64,000 nucleotides of DNA, from contig NC_086097.1 in assembly GCF_963921235.1 (NCBI RefSeq), positions 35,528,001 through 35,592,000 on the forward strand, given 5' to 3'. This DNA is from Mobula hypostoma (lineage: Eukaryota). The notes beneath the pieces are model-generated. The model saw only the letters and a list, made by a program, of their open reading frames with translations. It was not told the origin of the DNA and made no database searches. A program made the translations under genes and the position numbers. Shown in pieces: positions 45,001 to 55,451 of the stretch (position 1 is its first letter; each line of letters opens with the position of its first letter).

Positions 45001-48000
45001 TCTCCTTCCTGTACTTCCTAAACCCTCACATCCTCCTCTCCCTCCTGTACATCCTAAACCCTCACATCCTCCTCTCCCTCCTGTACATCCTAAACCCTCA
45101 CATCCTCCTCTCCCTCCTGTACATCCTAAACCCTCACTTCCTCCTCTCCCTCCTCTACATATTAAACCCTCACATCCTCCTCTCCCTCATGTACATCCTA
45201 AGCCCTCACATCCTCCCCTCCCTCCTGTACATCCTAAACCCTCACATCCTCCTCTCCCTCCTGTACATCCTGAACCCTCACATCCACACCCTCCTGTAAA
45301 TCTTAAACCCTCACATCCTCCTCTCCCTCCTGTACTTCCTGATCCCTCAAATTCTACTCTCCCTCCTGTGCATCCTAAACCCTCAGATCGTCCTCTCCCT
45401 CCTGTACATCCTAAACCCTCACATCCTCCTGGTGCTCCTGTACATCCTAAACCCTCACATCCTCCTCTCCCTCCTGTACATCCTAAACCCTCACATCCTC
45501 CTCTCCCTCCTGTACATCCTAAAACCTCACATCCACCTCTCCCTCCTGTACATCCTAAACCCTCACATCCTCCTGCTCTCCTGTACATTCTAAATCCTCA
45601 CATCCTCCTCTCCCTCCTGTACATCCTAAACCCTCACATCCTCCTCTCCCTCCTGTACATCCTAAACCCTCACATCCTCCTCTCCCTCCTGTACATCCTA
45701 AACCCTCACATCCTCCTCTCCCTCCTGTACATCCTAAACCCTCACATCCTCCTCTCCCTCCTGTACATCCTAAACCCTCACATCCTCCTCTCCCTCCTGT
45801 ACATCCTAAACCCTCACATCCACCTCTCCCTCCTCTACATCCTAAACCCTCACATCCTCCTCTCCCTCCTGTACATCCTAAACCCTCACATCCTCCTCTC
45901 CCTCCTCTACATCCTAAACCCTCACATCCTCCTCTCCTTCCTGTACATCCTAAACCCTCACATCCACACCCTCCTGTAAATCTTAAACCCTCACATCCTC
46001 CTCTCCCTCCTGTACTTCCTGATCCCTCAAATTCTACTCTCCCTCCTGTGCATCCTAAACCCTCAGATCCTCCTCTCCCTCCTGTACATCCTAAACCCTC
46101 ACATCCTCCTCTCCCTCCTGTACATCCTAAACCCTCACATCCTCCTCTCCCTCATACACATCCTAAACCCTCACATCATCCTGCTGCTCCTGTACATCCT
46201 AAACCCTCACGTCCTCCTCTCCCTCCTGTACGTTCAACACCTCACGTCCTCCTCTCCTTCCTGTAGATCCTCAACCCTCAAAACCTCCTCTCTCTCCTCT
46301 ACATCCTAAACCCTCACATCCTCCTCTCCCTCATGTACATCCTAAGCCCTCACATCCTCCTTTCCCTCCTGTACATCCTAAACCCTCACATCCTCCTCTC
46401 CCTCCTCTACATCCTAAACCCTCACATCCTCCCCTCCCTCCTCTACATCCTAAACCCGCACATCCTACTCTCCCTCCTCTACATCCTAAACCCTCACATC
46501 CTCCTCTCCTTCCTGTACATCCTAAACCCTCACATCCACACCCTCCTGTAAATCTTAAACCCTCACATCCTCCTCTCCCTCCTGTACTTCCTGATCCCTC
46601 AAATTCTACTCTCCCTCCTGTGCATCCTAAACCCTCAGATCGTCCTCTCCCTCCTGTACATTCTAAACCCTCACATCCTCCTCTCCCTCCTGTACATCCT
46701 AAACCCTCACATCCTCCTCTCCCTCCTACACATCCTAAACCCTCACATCATCCTGCTGCTCCTGTACATCCTAAACCCTCACGTCCTCCTCTCCCTCCTG
46801 TACGTTCAACACCTCACGTCCTCCTCTCCTTCCTGTATATCCTCAACCCTCAAAACCTCCTCTCTCTCCTGTACATCCTAAACCCTCACGTCCTCCTCTC
46901 GCTCCTATACATCCTAAACACTCACATCCCCCTCTCTCTCCTGTACATCCTAAACCTTCACATCCTCCTCTCCCTCCTGTACATCGTGAACCCTCACATG
47001 CTCCTCTCCCTTCTGTACATCCTAAACCCTCACATCCTCCTGCTGCTCCTGTACATCATAATCTCTCACGTCCTCCTTTCCCTCCTGTACATCATAACCC
47101 CTCACATCCTCCTCTCCCTCCTGTACATCCTAAACCCTCACATCCTCCTCTCCCTCCTGTACATTCTAAACCCTCACATCCTCCTCTCCCTCCTATACAT
47201 CCTAAACCCTCACATCCTCCACTCCCTCCTGTTCATCCTAAACCCTCGCATCCTCCTCTCCCTCTTGTACATCCTCAACCTTCACATCCTCCTCTCCCTC
47301 CTGTACATCCTAAAACCTCACATCCTCCTCTCCCTCCTGTACATCTTAAACCCTCACATCCTTCCCTCACTCCTGTTCATCCTAAACCCTCACATCCTCC
47401 TCTCCCTCCTGTACATCCTAAACACTCACATTCTCCTCTCCCTCCTCTACATCCTAAACCCTCACATCCTCCTCTCCCTCCTGTACATCCTAAACCCTCA
47501 CATCCTCCACTCCCTCCTGTACATCCTAAACCCTCACTTCCTCCGCTCCCTCCTCTACATATTAAACCCTCACGTCCTCCTCTCCCTCATGTACATCCTT
47601 ATCCCTCACATCCTCCTCTCCCTCCTGTACATCCTAAACCCTCACATCCTCCTCTCCTTCCTGTACATCCTAAACCCTCACATCCACACCCTCCTGTAAA
47701 TCTTAAACCCTCACATCCTCCTCTCCCTCCTGTACTTCCTGATCCCTCAAATTCTACTCTCCCTCCTGTGCATCCTAAACCCTCACATCCTCCTCTCCCT
47801 CCTGTACATTCTAAACCCTCACATCCTCCTCTCCCTCCTATACATCCTAAACACCTCACGTCCTCCTCTCCCTCCTGTACATCCTAAACCCTCACATCCT
47901 CCACTCCCTCCTGTACATCCTAAACCCTCACGTCCTCCTCTCCCTCCTGTACATCCTAAACCCTCACATCCTCCTCTCCCTCCTGTACATCCTGAACCCT

Positions 48001-49620
48001 CACGTCCTCCTCTGTGTCCTGTACATCCTAAACCCTCACATCCTCCTCTCCCTCCTGTACATCCTAAACCCTCACATCCTCCTCTCCCTCCTGTACATCC
48101 TAAACCCTCACATCCTCCTCTCCCTCCTATACATCCTAAACACTCACATCCCCCTCTCGCTCCTGTACATCCTAAACTTTCACATTCTCCTCTCCCTCCT
48201 GTACATCCTAAACCCTCACATCCTCCTCTCCCTCCTGTACATCCTAAACACTCACATTCTCCTCTCCCTCCTCTACATCCTAAACCCTCACATCATCCGG
48301 CTGCTCTTGTACATCCTAAACCCTGAAGTCCAGCTCTCCCTCCTATACATCCTAAACCCTCACATCCTCCTTTCCCTCCTGTACATCCTGAACCCTCACG
48401 TCCTCCTCTGTGTCCTGTACGTCCTAAACCCTCACATCCTCCTCTCCCTCCTGTACATCCCAAACCCTCACATCCTCCTGCTGTTCCTATACATCCTAAA
48501 CCCTCACGTCCTCCTCTCCCTCCTGTACTTCCTAAACCCTCACATCCTCCTCTCCCTCCTGTACATCCTAAACCCTCACGTCCTCCTCTCGCTCCTGTAC
48601 ATCCTAAACCCTCACATCCTCCTCTCACTCCTGTACATCCTAAACCCTCACATCCTCCTCTCCTTCCTGTACATCCTAAACCCTCACATCCTCCTCTCCC
48701 TCCTGTACATCCTAAAACCTCACATCCACCTCTCCCTCCTGTACATCCTAAGCCCTCACATCCTCCTCTCCCTCCTGTACATCCTAAACCCTCACATCCT
48801 CCTGCTGCTCCTGTACATCCTAAACCCTCACATCCTCCTCTCCCTCCTGTACATCCTAAACCCTCACATCCTCCTCTCCCTCCTGTACATCCTAAACCCT
48901 CACATCCTCCTCTCCCTCCTGTACATCCTAAACCCTCACATCCTCCTCTCCCTCCTGTACATCCTAAACCCTCACATCCTCCTCTCCCTCCTGTACATCC
49001 TAAACCCTCACTTCCTCCTCTCCCTCCTGTACATCCTAAACCCTCACATCCTCCTCTCCCTCCTGTACATCCTAAACCCTCACATCCTCCTCTCCCTCCT
49101 GTACATCCTAAACCCTCACATCCTCCTCTCCATCCTGTACATCCTAAACCCGCACATCCTCCTCTCCCTCCTGTCCTTCCTAAATCCTCAAATCCTCCTA
49201 TCCTTCCTGTACATCCTGAACCCTCCCATCCTCCTCTCCGTCCTATACATCCTAAAACCTCACATCCACCTCTCCCTCATGTACATCCTAAACCCTCACA
49301 TCCTCCTGCTGCTCCTGTACATCCTAAACCCTCACGTCCTCCTCTCCCTCCTGTACTTCCTAAACCCTCACATCCTCCTCTCCCTCCTGTACATCCTAAA
49401 CCCTCACATCCTCCTCTCCCTCCTGTACATCCTAAACCCTCACATCCTCCTCTCCCTCATGTACATCCTAAACCCTCACATCCTCCTGCTGCTCCTGTAC
49501 ATCCTAAACCCTCACATCCTCCTCTCTCTCCTGTACATCCTAAACCCTCCCGTCCTCCTCTCGCTCCTGTACATCCTAAATCCTCACATCCGCTCCCTCC
49601 TGTACATCCTAAACCCTCAC
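1..49620. repeat. 36-bp minisatellite/satellite array, consensus CTCCCTCCTGTACATCCTAAACCCTCACATCCTCCT, open at the left window edge
   Basis: The unit is read directly and repeats without interruption; pure-consensus runs occur at e.g. 9150-9410 and 48810-49000. The ORF track shows 12-aa periodicity (LLSLLYILNPHI, PPVHPKPSHPPL, GGRGGCEGLGCT). Each unit has a TGTACA palindrome, and 33- and 35-bp indel variants are frequent. Confidence 0.99.
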
Positions 49621-50460
49621 ATCCTCTCCCTCCTGTACTTCCATCACACCCACATCCTCTCCCTCCTGTACTTCCCTCCACACCCACACCCTCTCCCTCC
49701 TGTACTTCCCCCGCATCCACATCCTCTCCCTCCTGTACTTCCCCCGACACCCACATCCTCTCCCTCCTGTACTTCCCGCATACGCACTTCCTCTCCCTCC
49801 TGTACTTCCCCCGACCCCCACATCCTCTCCCTCCTGTACTTCCCGCACACCCACATCCTCTTCCGCCTGTACATCCGAAAACCTCACGTCCACCTCTCCC
49901 TCCTGTACATCCTAAACCTTCACATCCTCCTGCTTCTCCTGTACATTCTAAATGCTCACATCCTCCTCTCCCTCCTCTACATCCTAAACCCTCACATCCA
50001 CCTCTCCCTCCTGTACTTCCCCCACACCCACCCTCTCTCCCTCCTGTACTTCCCCCCACACCCCCTCCCTCTTGTACCTCTCCCCAGCCTTCCTCCTGTA
50101 CTCTTACACCACACTGTCTTCCAACCCGTCCTGCACTTGCCCCCACCCACCTCTTCCCGTTCCTGTACCTCCTCCCCACCTGTTTCCTTCCCTTACTGTA
50201 ATCCACAAGCCACCACCTGTCACTCCTGTATTTCTCCCCTATCAACCTCCTCACACTCCTGTACAGCCTCCTCATACAGCCATATCCTGCCCTTCAACCT
50301 GCTCCACCTAATTCTTCTGTAGTTCCCCCCCCCATATTCACCTTCTGTCCCATCCTGTACCTTGACCCTCACCTCCCCCTCCCACTTGTCTACTTGCCTC
50401 CTGCACACTAACCTCTTAGCCCTCCTGTACTTCACCCACACCCACCTCCTACTGTGATGC
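49621..50460. repeat. Terminal zone of the satellite: 33-34-bp CTCCCTCCTGTACTTCCCC-CACACCCACATCCT variants followed by degenerate CCTGTAC relics
   Basis: About seven TACTTCC-type units lie at 49621-49860, with two more near 50010-50060. Scattered CCTGTAC or CTTGTAC cores in C/T-rich sequence occur at about 50071, 50095, 50162, 50259, 50354 and 50424. Confidence 0.9.
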
Positions 50461-50644
50461 CTGTTCCTCCTATTCCTAATGCCAGCCATGGTTTGCAGTC
50501 TAAAATCAGTTTTTAGAAACAGCTGGGAATAAAAATGCTGTGTCATTAAAAGTGAACATGCTAGATTTTTAACAGGGAGAGTACGTAAGTCGATTTATAT
50601 GAATGTAAGGGTGAAAAGCTGTTTGTGTTTGTGGGAATGTGAAG

Positions 50645-50730
50645 TTGAAGTTTTAATCTGATTAGCCATAATCTTGTTAATTGGCAACGCAGGTATGTGG
50701 AGTGGAGTGGCCTACCCTGCTCCTAATCAT
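50645..50730 (+). mobile_element. Degraded CR1-type LINE 3' tail
   Basis: ATTAGCCATAATCTTGTTAATTGGC...GAGTGGCCTACCCTGCTCCTAAT resembles the CR1/HER1 3' end as I recall it; pattern recognition only. Confidence 0.4.
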
Positions 50731-51487
50731 TATCCAGTCAGAACTTCATATGATTATATTCCCTTATCAATATGGCTGACTCCCTAACTACCCTCTGAAG
50801 TAATTGTGAAACCCACTCAATTGTTTGAAATTGGATCAAGAAAGATCATGGCTATCTTCTAGGCAACCCAGAAGGGGTAACCCATGGGGTTTATATATAT
50901 TGCTTTGATGGCTGAATGGGAATTGAAGGGCATTGGGCCAGGATAGATGTTGGAAACTTCGTTTTCTGCAGAGTGATTAGCAGAATGGGAGAAATGGAAA
51001 CAAAGGACGGTTGTATGAAGGTTAGGAATTTAAAGCAGGTACACAGTGAAAGATGGTTTCCACCATGGTAAAGTTAAACAGAGATGTGGAAGCCAATACT
51101 TTCATTGGGAAAATCAAGAGGAAGCAAAAGAGAAGGTTTTTAAAATGGGTAGATTTGATTGTGGGTTACTTTCTGACAAGTCGCTGTTGAAGCAGAGGCT
51201 GTATCATTGAAAAATGAAGTGGGATAAGTGCAGGTCCTGTCCCTGCTCATGAGCAAGTGTTTGAGAACTGGTGGTCTGAGTTTGTCAGCTTCTGTGGAGC
51301 TGCAGGCATCTTCTCCCATGAGGGAACTTGGGACGTGGCTGCATCTCTGACTTGCAGACTCTTTGGGTTATGAACACTTCTCAGGAACAGAATTGTGTTG
51401 CAACCTGTGGAGAACCTGTGGCTGAAAACTTAAAAACTATATAAGAAGCTTGTCAAGAAAGACTGTGGGAGAGCTCAGCAAGTGAAC

Positions 51488-52340
51488 AATCAGAATCAGG
51501 TTTAATATCACCGGGGTATGTCGTGAAATGTGTTAACTTAGTGGCAGCAGTACATGATCATGTAGAAAGAAAAATAAGTCGATCAATTACAGTAAGTATA
51601 TATATATATATATGTATATTAAACAGTTAAATTAAAAATAGTGCAAAAGCAGAAATAATCTATAAAAAAGTGAGGTGGTGTTCATGGGTTCTATGATCTT
51701 TTAGGAATCGGATGGCAGATGGGAAGAAGCTGTTCCTGAATTGCTGAGTGTGTGCCTTTAGGTTCCTGATGGTAACAGTGAGAATAGGGCATGTCCTGGG
51801 TGGCGGGGGCCCTTAATGATGGATGCCGCCTTTCTGAGGCACCATTCCTTGAAGATGTCTTGGATACTACGAAGGCTAGTGCCCTGATGGAGCTGACTAA
51901 TTCAACAACTTTCTGGAGCTTCCTTCAGTCCTGTGGTGCAGTAGTCCCCCACCCCACCCCCGCCATACCAGACATTGATGTAGCCTGTCAGAATGCTCTT
52001 CTTGGTATATCTGTAGAAGTTCTCGAGTGTTTTAGATAACAAATCAAATCTCCTCAAACTCCTAATGAGATATGGCCGCTCTGTTGCCTTCTTTATAGCT
52101 GCATCCGGTTAGACCCGCAAGAGATTTTGATACCTAGCAACTTGAAATTGCTCACTCTCTCTACTTCTGATCGCTCTATGAGGATTGATTCATGTTCCCT
52201 TGTCTTCTCCTTCTTGAAGTCCACAATCGGTTCTTTTGTCTTATTGACATTGAGTGCAATGTTGTTGCTGTGACTCCGCTCAACTAGCTGGTATATCTCA
52301 CTTCTGTATGTCCTCCCGTCTCCATCTGAGATCCTAACAA
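51488..52340 (-). mobile_element. 5'-truncated, decayed Rex1/Babar-type LINE (RT C-terminal region and 3' UTR)
   Basis: The minus strand reads approximately DGDGRTYRSEIYQLVERSHSNNIALNVNKTKEPIVDFKK...VERVSNFKLLG...LRRFDLLSKTLENFYR...SILTGYINVWYG, matching the Rex1/Babar RT C-terminal pattern (YRxE..L..W...NNLxLNVxKTKExIVDFR; VExVxxFKxLG; ITVWYG). The 3' end is a short (CTGATT)n tail (AATCAGAATCAG on + at 51488). Confidence 0.8.
51597..51613. repeat. (TA)n microsatellite inside the LINE 3' UTR
   Basis: TATATATATATATATAT read directly. Confidence 0.9.
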
Positions 52341-52655
52341 GGACCCAAATCGCCTGGAAATTCTCTCATTCATTGTAACTCCTTTATTGGGTTTGAGTTA
52401 AGGGAGCAGTTCAGGAATGTTGCTGTGTGCAGTGCCCAAACTTGAAACATCAACACTTACCAACTTTGTCTTTATTATGTGGGTTTTGTCAGGTAAAACA
52501 CAAGGACAGAGGAGCTCAGAGCTGACAATTTTATATAGAACCAAAGTCCAAAGAAACAGGGTCAAAAATCACAAGGTCTGATTCCACTTGCCTACAGAAT
52601 CAAGCACAATTTACTTACTAATGCCAAATTGTAAATAAAAAAGGGAGGAACTGGG

Positions 52656-52878
52656 CTTGGTTTGCTGTCGCTGCGTTGTTACTTGGTATGTTCTGTTTTG
52701 TCATGTTTTATGTTGTTCTGCCAAGCATTGTGGGCAGGCTCTGCTGGCACCCGAAATATGCGTCAACACTCCTGGGCCACCGCCAGCACAGCCTTGGATG
52801 TGTTGGTTGTCAACACAAATGACACATTTCGCTGTACTTCTGACGTGCATGTGATAAATAAATCTGAATCTGAATCTG
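52656..52878 (+). mobile_element. Retroposon 3' tail ending in AATAAA and (TCTGAA)n
   Basis: Ends GTGCATGTGATAAATAAATCTGAATCTGAATCTG. The body aligns by eye with the tail of the SINE at 55830-55975 (TCAACACT...CCAGCACA...TGTGTTGGT...CATTTC...TGCATGTGA-AAATAAA). Confidence 0.65.
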
Positions 52879-53276
52879 TTTGATCTCAATCTGATCGAGC
52901 CTCCAGAAGCAGCGACTGCTGCTGTGGCTGTGGCTGGGAGAAGTTTATTTTCCCGCCAATAATGAGTTGCCATGAAGTTATCCTTTGAGAGAGAGGCAGT
53001 AGACTGTTATCTTGTGGTATGTATGGATGGTTCAACAAACCATGAGGGAATGTGCCAAAATTGTAACGTGTGTGGCCATAAAAAAGGTATGCAATCCTTA
53101 TAGTTCCGATCGCTGATAGTTAGGGATTTCTGTGAATCAGGTTAAGACTGTGCTGGAGCTTATCCACATGGAATCTTCCCGTTCTGAGCTGTGATTTTGA
53201 AGCGAATCATTGAGCCGAAACCAAGGGATTCCGCAGAGGAACAATCAGAATATATATTTATATTTTTATTTACAGA

Positions 53277-53880
53277 TGGTTGGCATCTGTCTGTCTCGAA
53301 GGACAATGGGTGATGATGATCATCATAAACCTGGGTGAGAGGTATGGAGATCCTGAGATGCCCAGTTGTCTAGATCCTCCCTCTCGGTGTCACCAGTGTC
53401 GTCCAAAGGAAAGCGAATCAATACATTTGGCACCAGCTTGGCCACCAAAGCTGCTGGAAGGATGTTCAATGACATCCCTCAGCTGCCTTGGGAGCTCCAC
53501 TCTGGATTTGCTGTCTGGGTTTACTCCGATAGACCTCATCTCTCCTGAGGCTGCCCGCAAGGCAGTGAGACTGTTTACCCACAGCTGATGATCTGGTTCA
53601 CAAGCACCAGAATGTGTCCACACGCCGGTGAGCCTGCATGCTACGTTTGCAGGGGCCAGACCTCCTCCCTGTCCTCTGTAGTTCAGCCTGAGTATGAAAG
53701 GAGTTCAGTTTCCGTGTGTCGCCAGCGAGGCGGGACTACATGAGGCTTGCTGTTGGACAGGCTGCGTACTGGCAGGGAGAGACTTACACATTCAGCTCTC
53801 CTTTTCGCAAGACTGCTAGCCAGCGGTGGAATCTGAAAGCGAGAGCGACAAGCACTACCCACTACACTACCACACTAGAC
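53277..53880 (-). mobile_element. Putative non-autonomous RTE-derived element (5' UTR-like body with an RTE-like 3' end)
   Basis: GTTGGCATCTGTCTGTCTCGAAGGACAATGG and GGGTTTACTCC...CTCTCCTGAGG...CAAGGCAGTG resemble RTE 3' end and 5' UTR motifs as I recall them. No RT ORF is present and the assignment is unverified. Confidence 0.35.
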
Positions 53881-53899
53881 ACATCACAACGACCATTTT

Positions 53900-54161
53900 G
53901 ACAGATACAGTGTGGAATAGGTTCTTCGAGCAGCTTCACCTAGCAGCCCCCATTTAACACTAGCCTAATCCTGGGACAATATATAATGACAAATTATCCA
54001 ACTAAACAGTATGTCTTTGGACTGTGGGACGTAAACAGTGCACCTGGAAAAGACCCACCCATTCCATAGGGAGGATGTACAGACTCCTTACAGATGGTGT
54101 CAGGGCTGAACCCTGAACTCCGAAGCCCCAAGCTGTAATAGCATTGTGCTAACCGCTACGC
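53900..54161 (-). mobile_element. tRNA-derived SINE (V-SINE-like)
   Basis: The minus strand begins GCGTAGCGGTTAGCACAATGCTATTACAGC...GGGTTCAGCCC...CTGTAAGGAGTCTGTACATCCTCCC...CCCACAGTCCAAAGAC, the same head as the SINE at 55666. Confidence 0.7.
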
Positions 54162-54167
54162 AAAATC

Positions 54168-54600
54168 AGCAGCCAGTTTATTAGGTACACATTTACACTT
54201 GCTCATTAATGCAAATATCTAATCCACCGGTCATGTGTGGCAGCAACTCAATACATAAAAGCGATGCAGACATCATTAAGAAGTTTAGTTGTTCAGACCA
54301 AACCTCAGAATGGGGAAGAAAGGTGTTCCAAGTGACTTTGACTGTGGAATGCTTGTTGGTGCCAGATGGGGTGAATTGAGTATCTCAGAAACTGCTGATC
54401 TCCTGGGATTTTAGCAGCAGTTCTGTAGATAAAAAAAATGAGAGGTCAGTGGAGAGTGGTCAGACTGCTACAGGCTGACAGGAAGGCGATAGTAAATCAA
54501 ATAACCATTCATTACAACAGAGGTGTGCAGAAGAGCATCTCCTAATACATAACAAGTTGAAGCTTGAAGTGGATGGTCTAAAGCAGCAGAAGTCCATGTG
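54168..54600 (+). mobile_element. Tc1/mariner remnant: left end plus pseudogenised transposase N-terminus
   Basis: ATG at 54310 gives MGKKGVPSDFDCGMLVGARWGELSISETADLLGF*. After a deletion it reads RGQWRVVRLLQADRKAIVNQITIHYNRGVQKSIS*...LKWMV*SSRSP, typical of the Tc1 bipartite HTH region. TTTATTAGGTACAC lies at the left end, and no DDE domain is present. Confidence 0.8.
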
Positions 54601-55094
54601 CATACACAGAGTGTCTGCTTTGTTACACAGCTAATGTAACACTTCTTCAAGTCTCTTTCCTTCAGCCTCTGTTCATGCTGTATAATCCCAACAACAAAGG
54701 TTTGTTTCATTGCTTTTATGGTATTTTTTTTCTAAAACAGAGTTTTAGCAGAGATTTCTTTTGTTGGAGAAAGAAACTATCTTTCATTGGAGATTAGACT
54801 TGCGGAGTGAGCCTCACCATTACCTGTACATTTTCATCCACATGCTCAAGCATTTCTGCCTTGGTACATCTGAGGAAAATTGTCTAACTTGTGAGGTAGC
54901 CATAGGCTGAGTTACGTGTCCTGGCACTCAGGATACAGCCTCTCCCAGTGAGGTGGTGCATTCAGTTTTCAGATATGTGGCTCACATCTACATTGACACA
55001 AGGAACATTTGTTATGTGGTTGGATCATGAAATATAAGTTTGTCCAATTCTGATCAAGGATCTTTGAATTGAAGTGTGAACTCTCAAATGTAAG

Positions 55095-55163
55095 ATCTTC
55101 TGCTGAGTTATCTACGGGATTTTCTTCTCTTAATTTACATTTCCAGCATCTGCAGATTTTTTT
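55095..55163 (+). mobile_element. Short Penelope-associated tail remnant
   Basis: TGCTGAGTT...TTTCCAGCATCTGCAGATTTT is similar to the tail at 55420-55451 and to the minus-strand end of the element at 56018. Confidence 0.4.
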
Positions 55164-55269
55164 TTCATTTTTAGCTAAGCATTTGATGCTTTGTCTAACA
55201 GATCAAAATATTTCATTTAGGTGGCACAAGGTTCTATGTGGTCCGAAATCTCAGCAGGAATTCCAGAAC

Positions 55270-55336
55270 AGGGCTGTGAGAAGTGTTGCTCGGTTGGAAG
55301 TATGGTCTTTTCAGTAAGACCTTAAACTGAGCCCCC
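55270..55336 (+). mobile_element. Possible DeuSINE (Deu-domain) fragment
   Basis: GTGTTGCTCGGTTGGAAGTATGGTCTTTTCAGTAAGACCTTAAACTGAGCCCCC resembles the Deu domain as recalled and appears to continue at 55452. Confidence 0.35.
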
Positions 55337-55451
55337 AAATCTACTCCTCAGCTTTATTTCTCCAGTCCTGCCACAAGGCCTGACACATTGACTGCACTTT
55401 TTTCCATAACTGCTTCCTGGCCTGCTGAGTTCCTCCAGCATTTTATGTGTG
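55336..55451 (+). mobile_element. Penelope-type terminal fragment with a decayed hammerhead
   Basis: CAGTC-CTGCCACAAGGCCT-GACACATT-GACTG followed by CCTGGCCTGCTGAGTTCCTCCAGCATTTTATGTGTG is homologous to the reverse complement of 56018-56112. It is flanked by AAACTGAGCCCC (55324) and AAACTGAGACCC (55452). Confidence 0.65.

Noticed and set aside
1..49620. CRISPR array (36-bp repeats)
   Set aside because: Units are head-to-tail with no unique spacers, there are no cas genes, and the context is eukaryotic.
1..49620. Telomere repeat (CCTAAACCCT resembles plant CCCTAAA)
   Set aside because: There is only one partial motif per unit and no tandem TTAGGG or TTTAGGG.
1..49620. PRDM9 13-mer or Jeffreys minisatellite core similarity
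   Set aside because: CCTCCTCTCCCTC misses the human motif at one position, the motif is specific to human alleles, and such matches are expected in C/T-rich DNA.
220..50322. Long ORFs as extensin-like, keratin-associated-like or membrane proteins
   Set aside because: They follow from a 36-bp unit that is stop-free in three frames. They swap frame at 35-bp units, and amplified stop variants are present.
52948..52960. E2F-like site TTTTCCCGCC overlapping CCAAT
   Set aside because: An isolated short motif with no CpG island or gene nearby.
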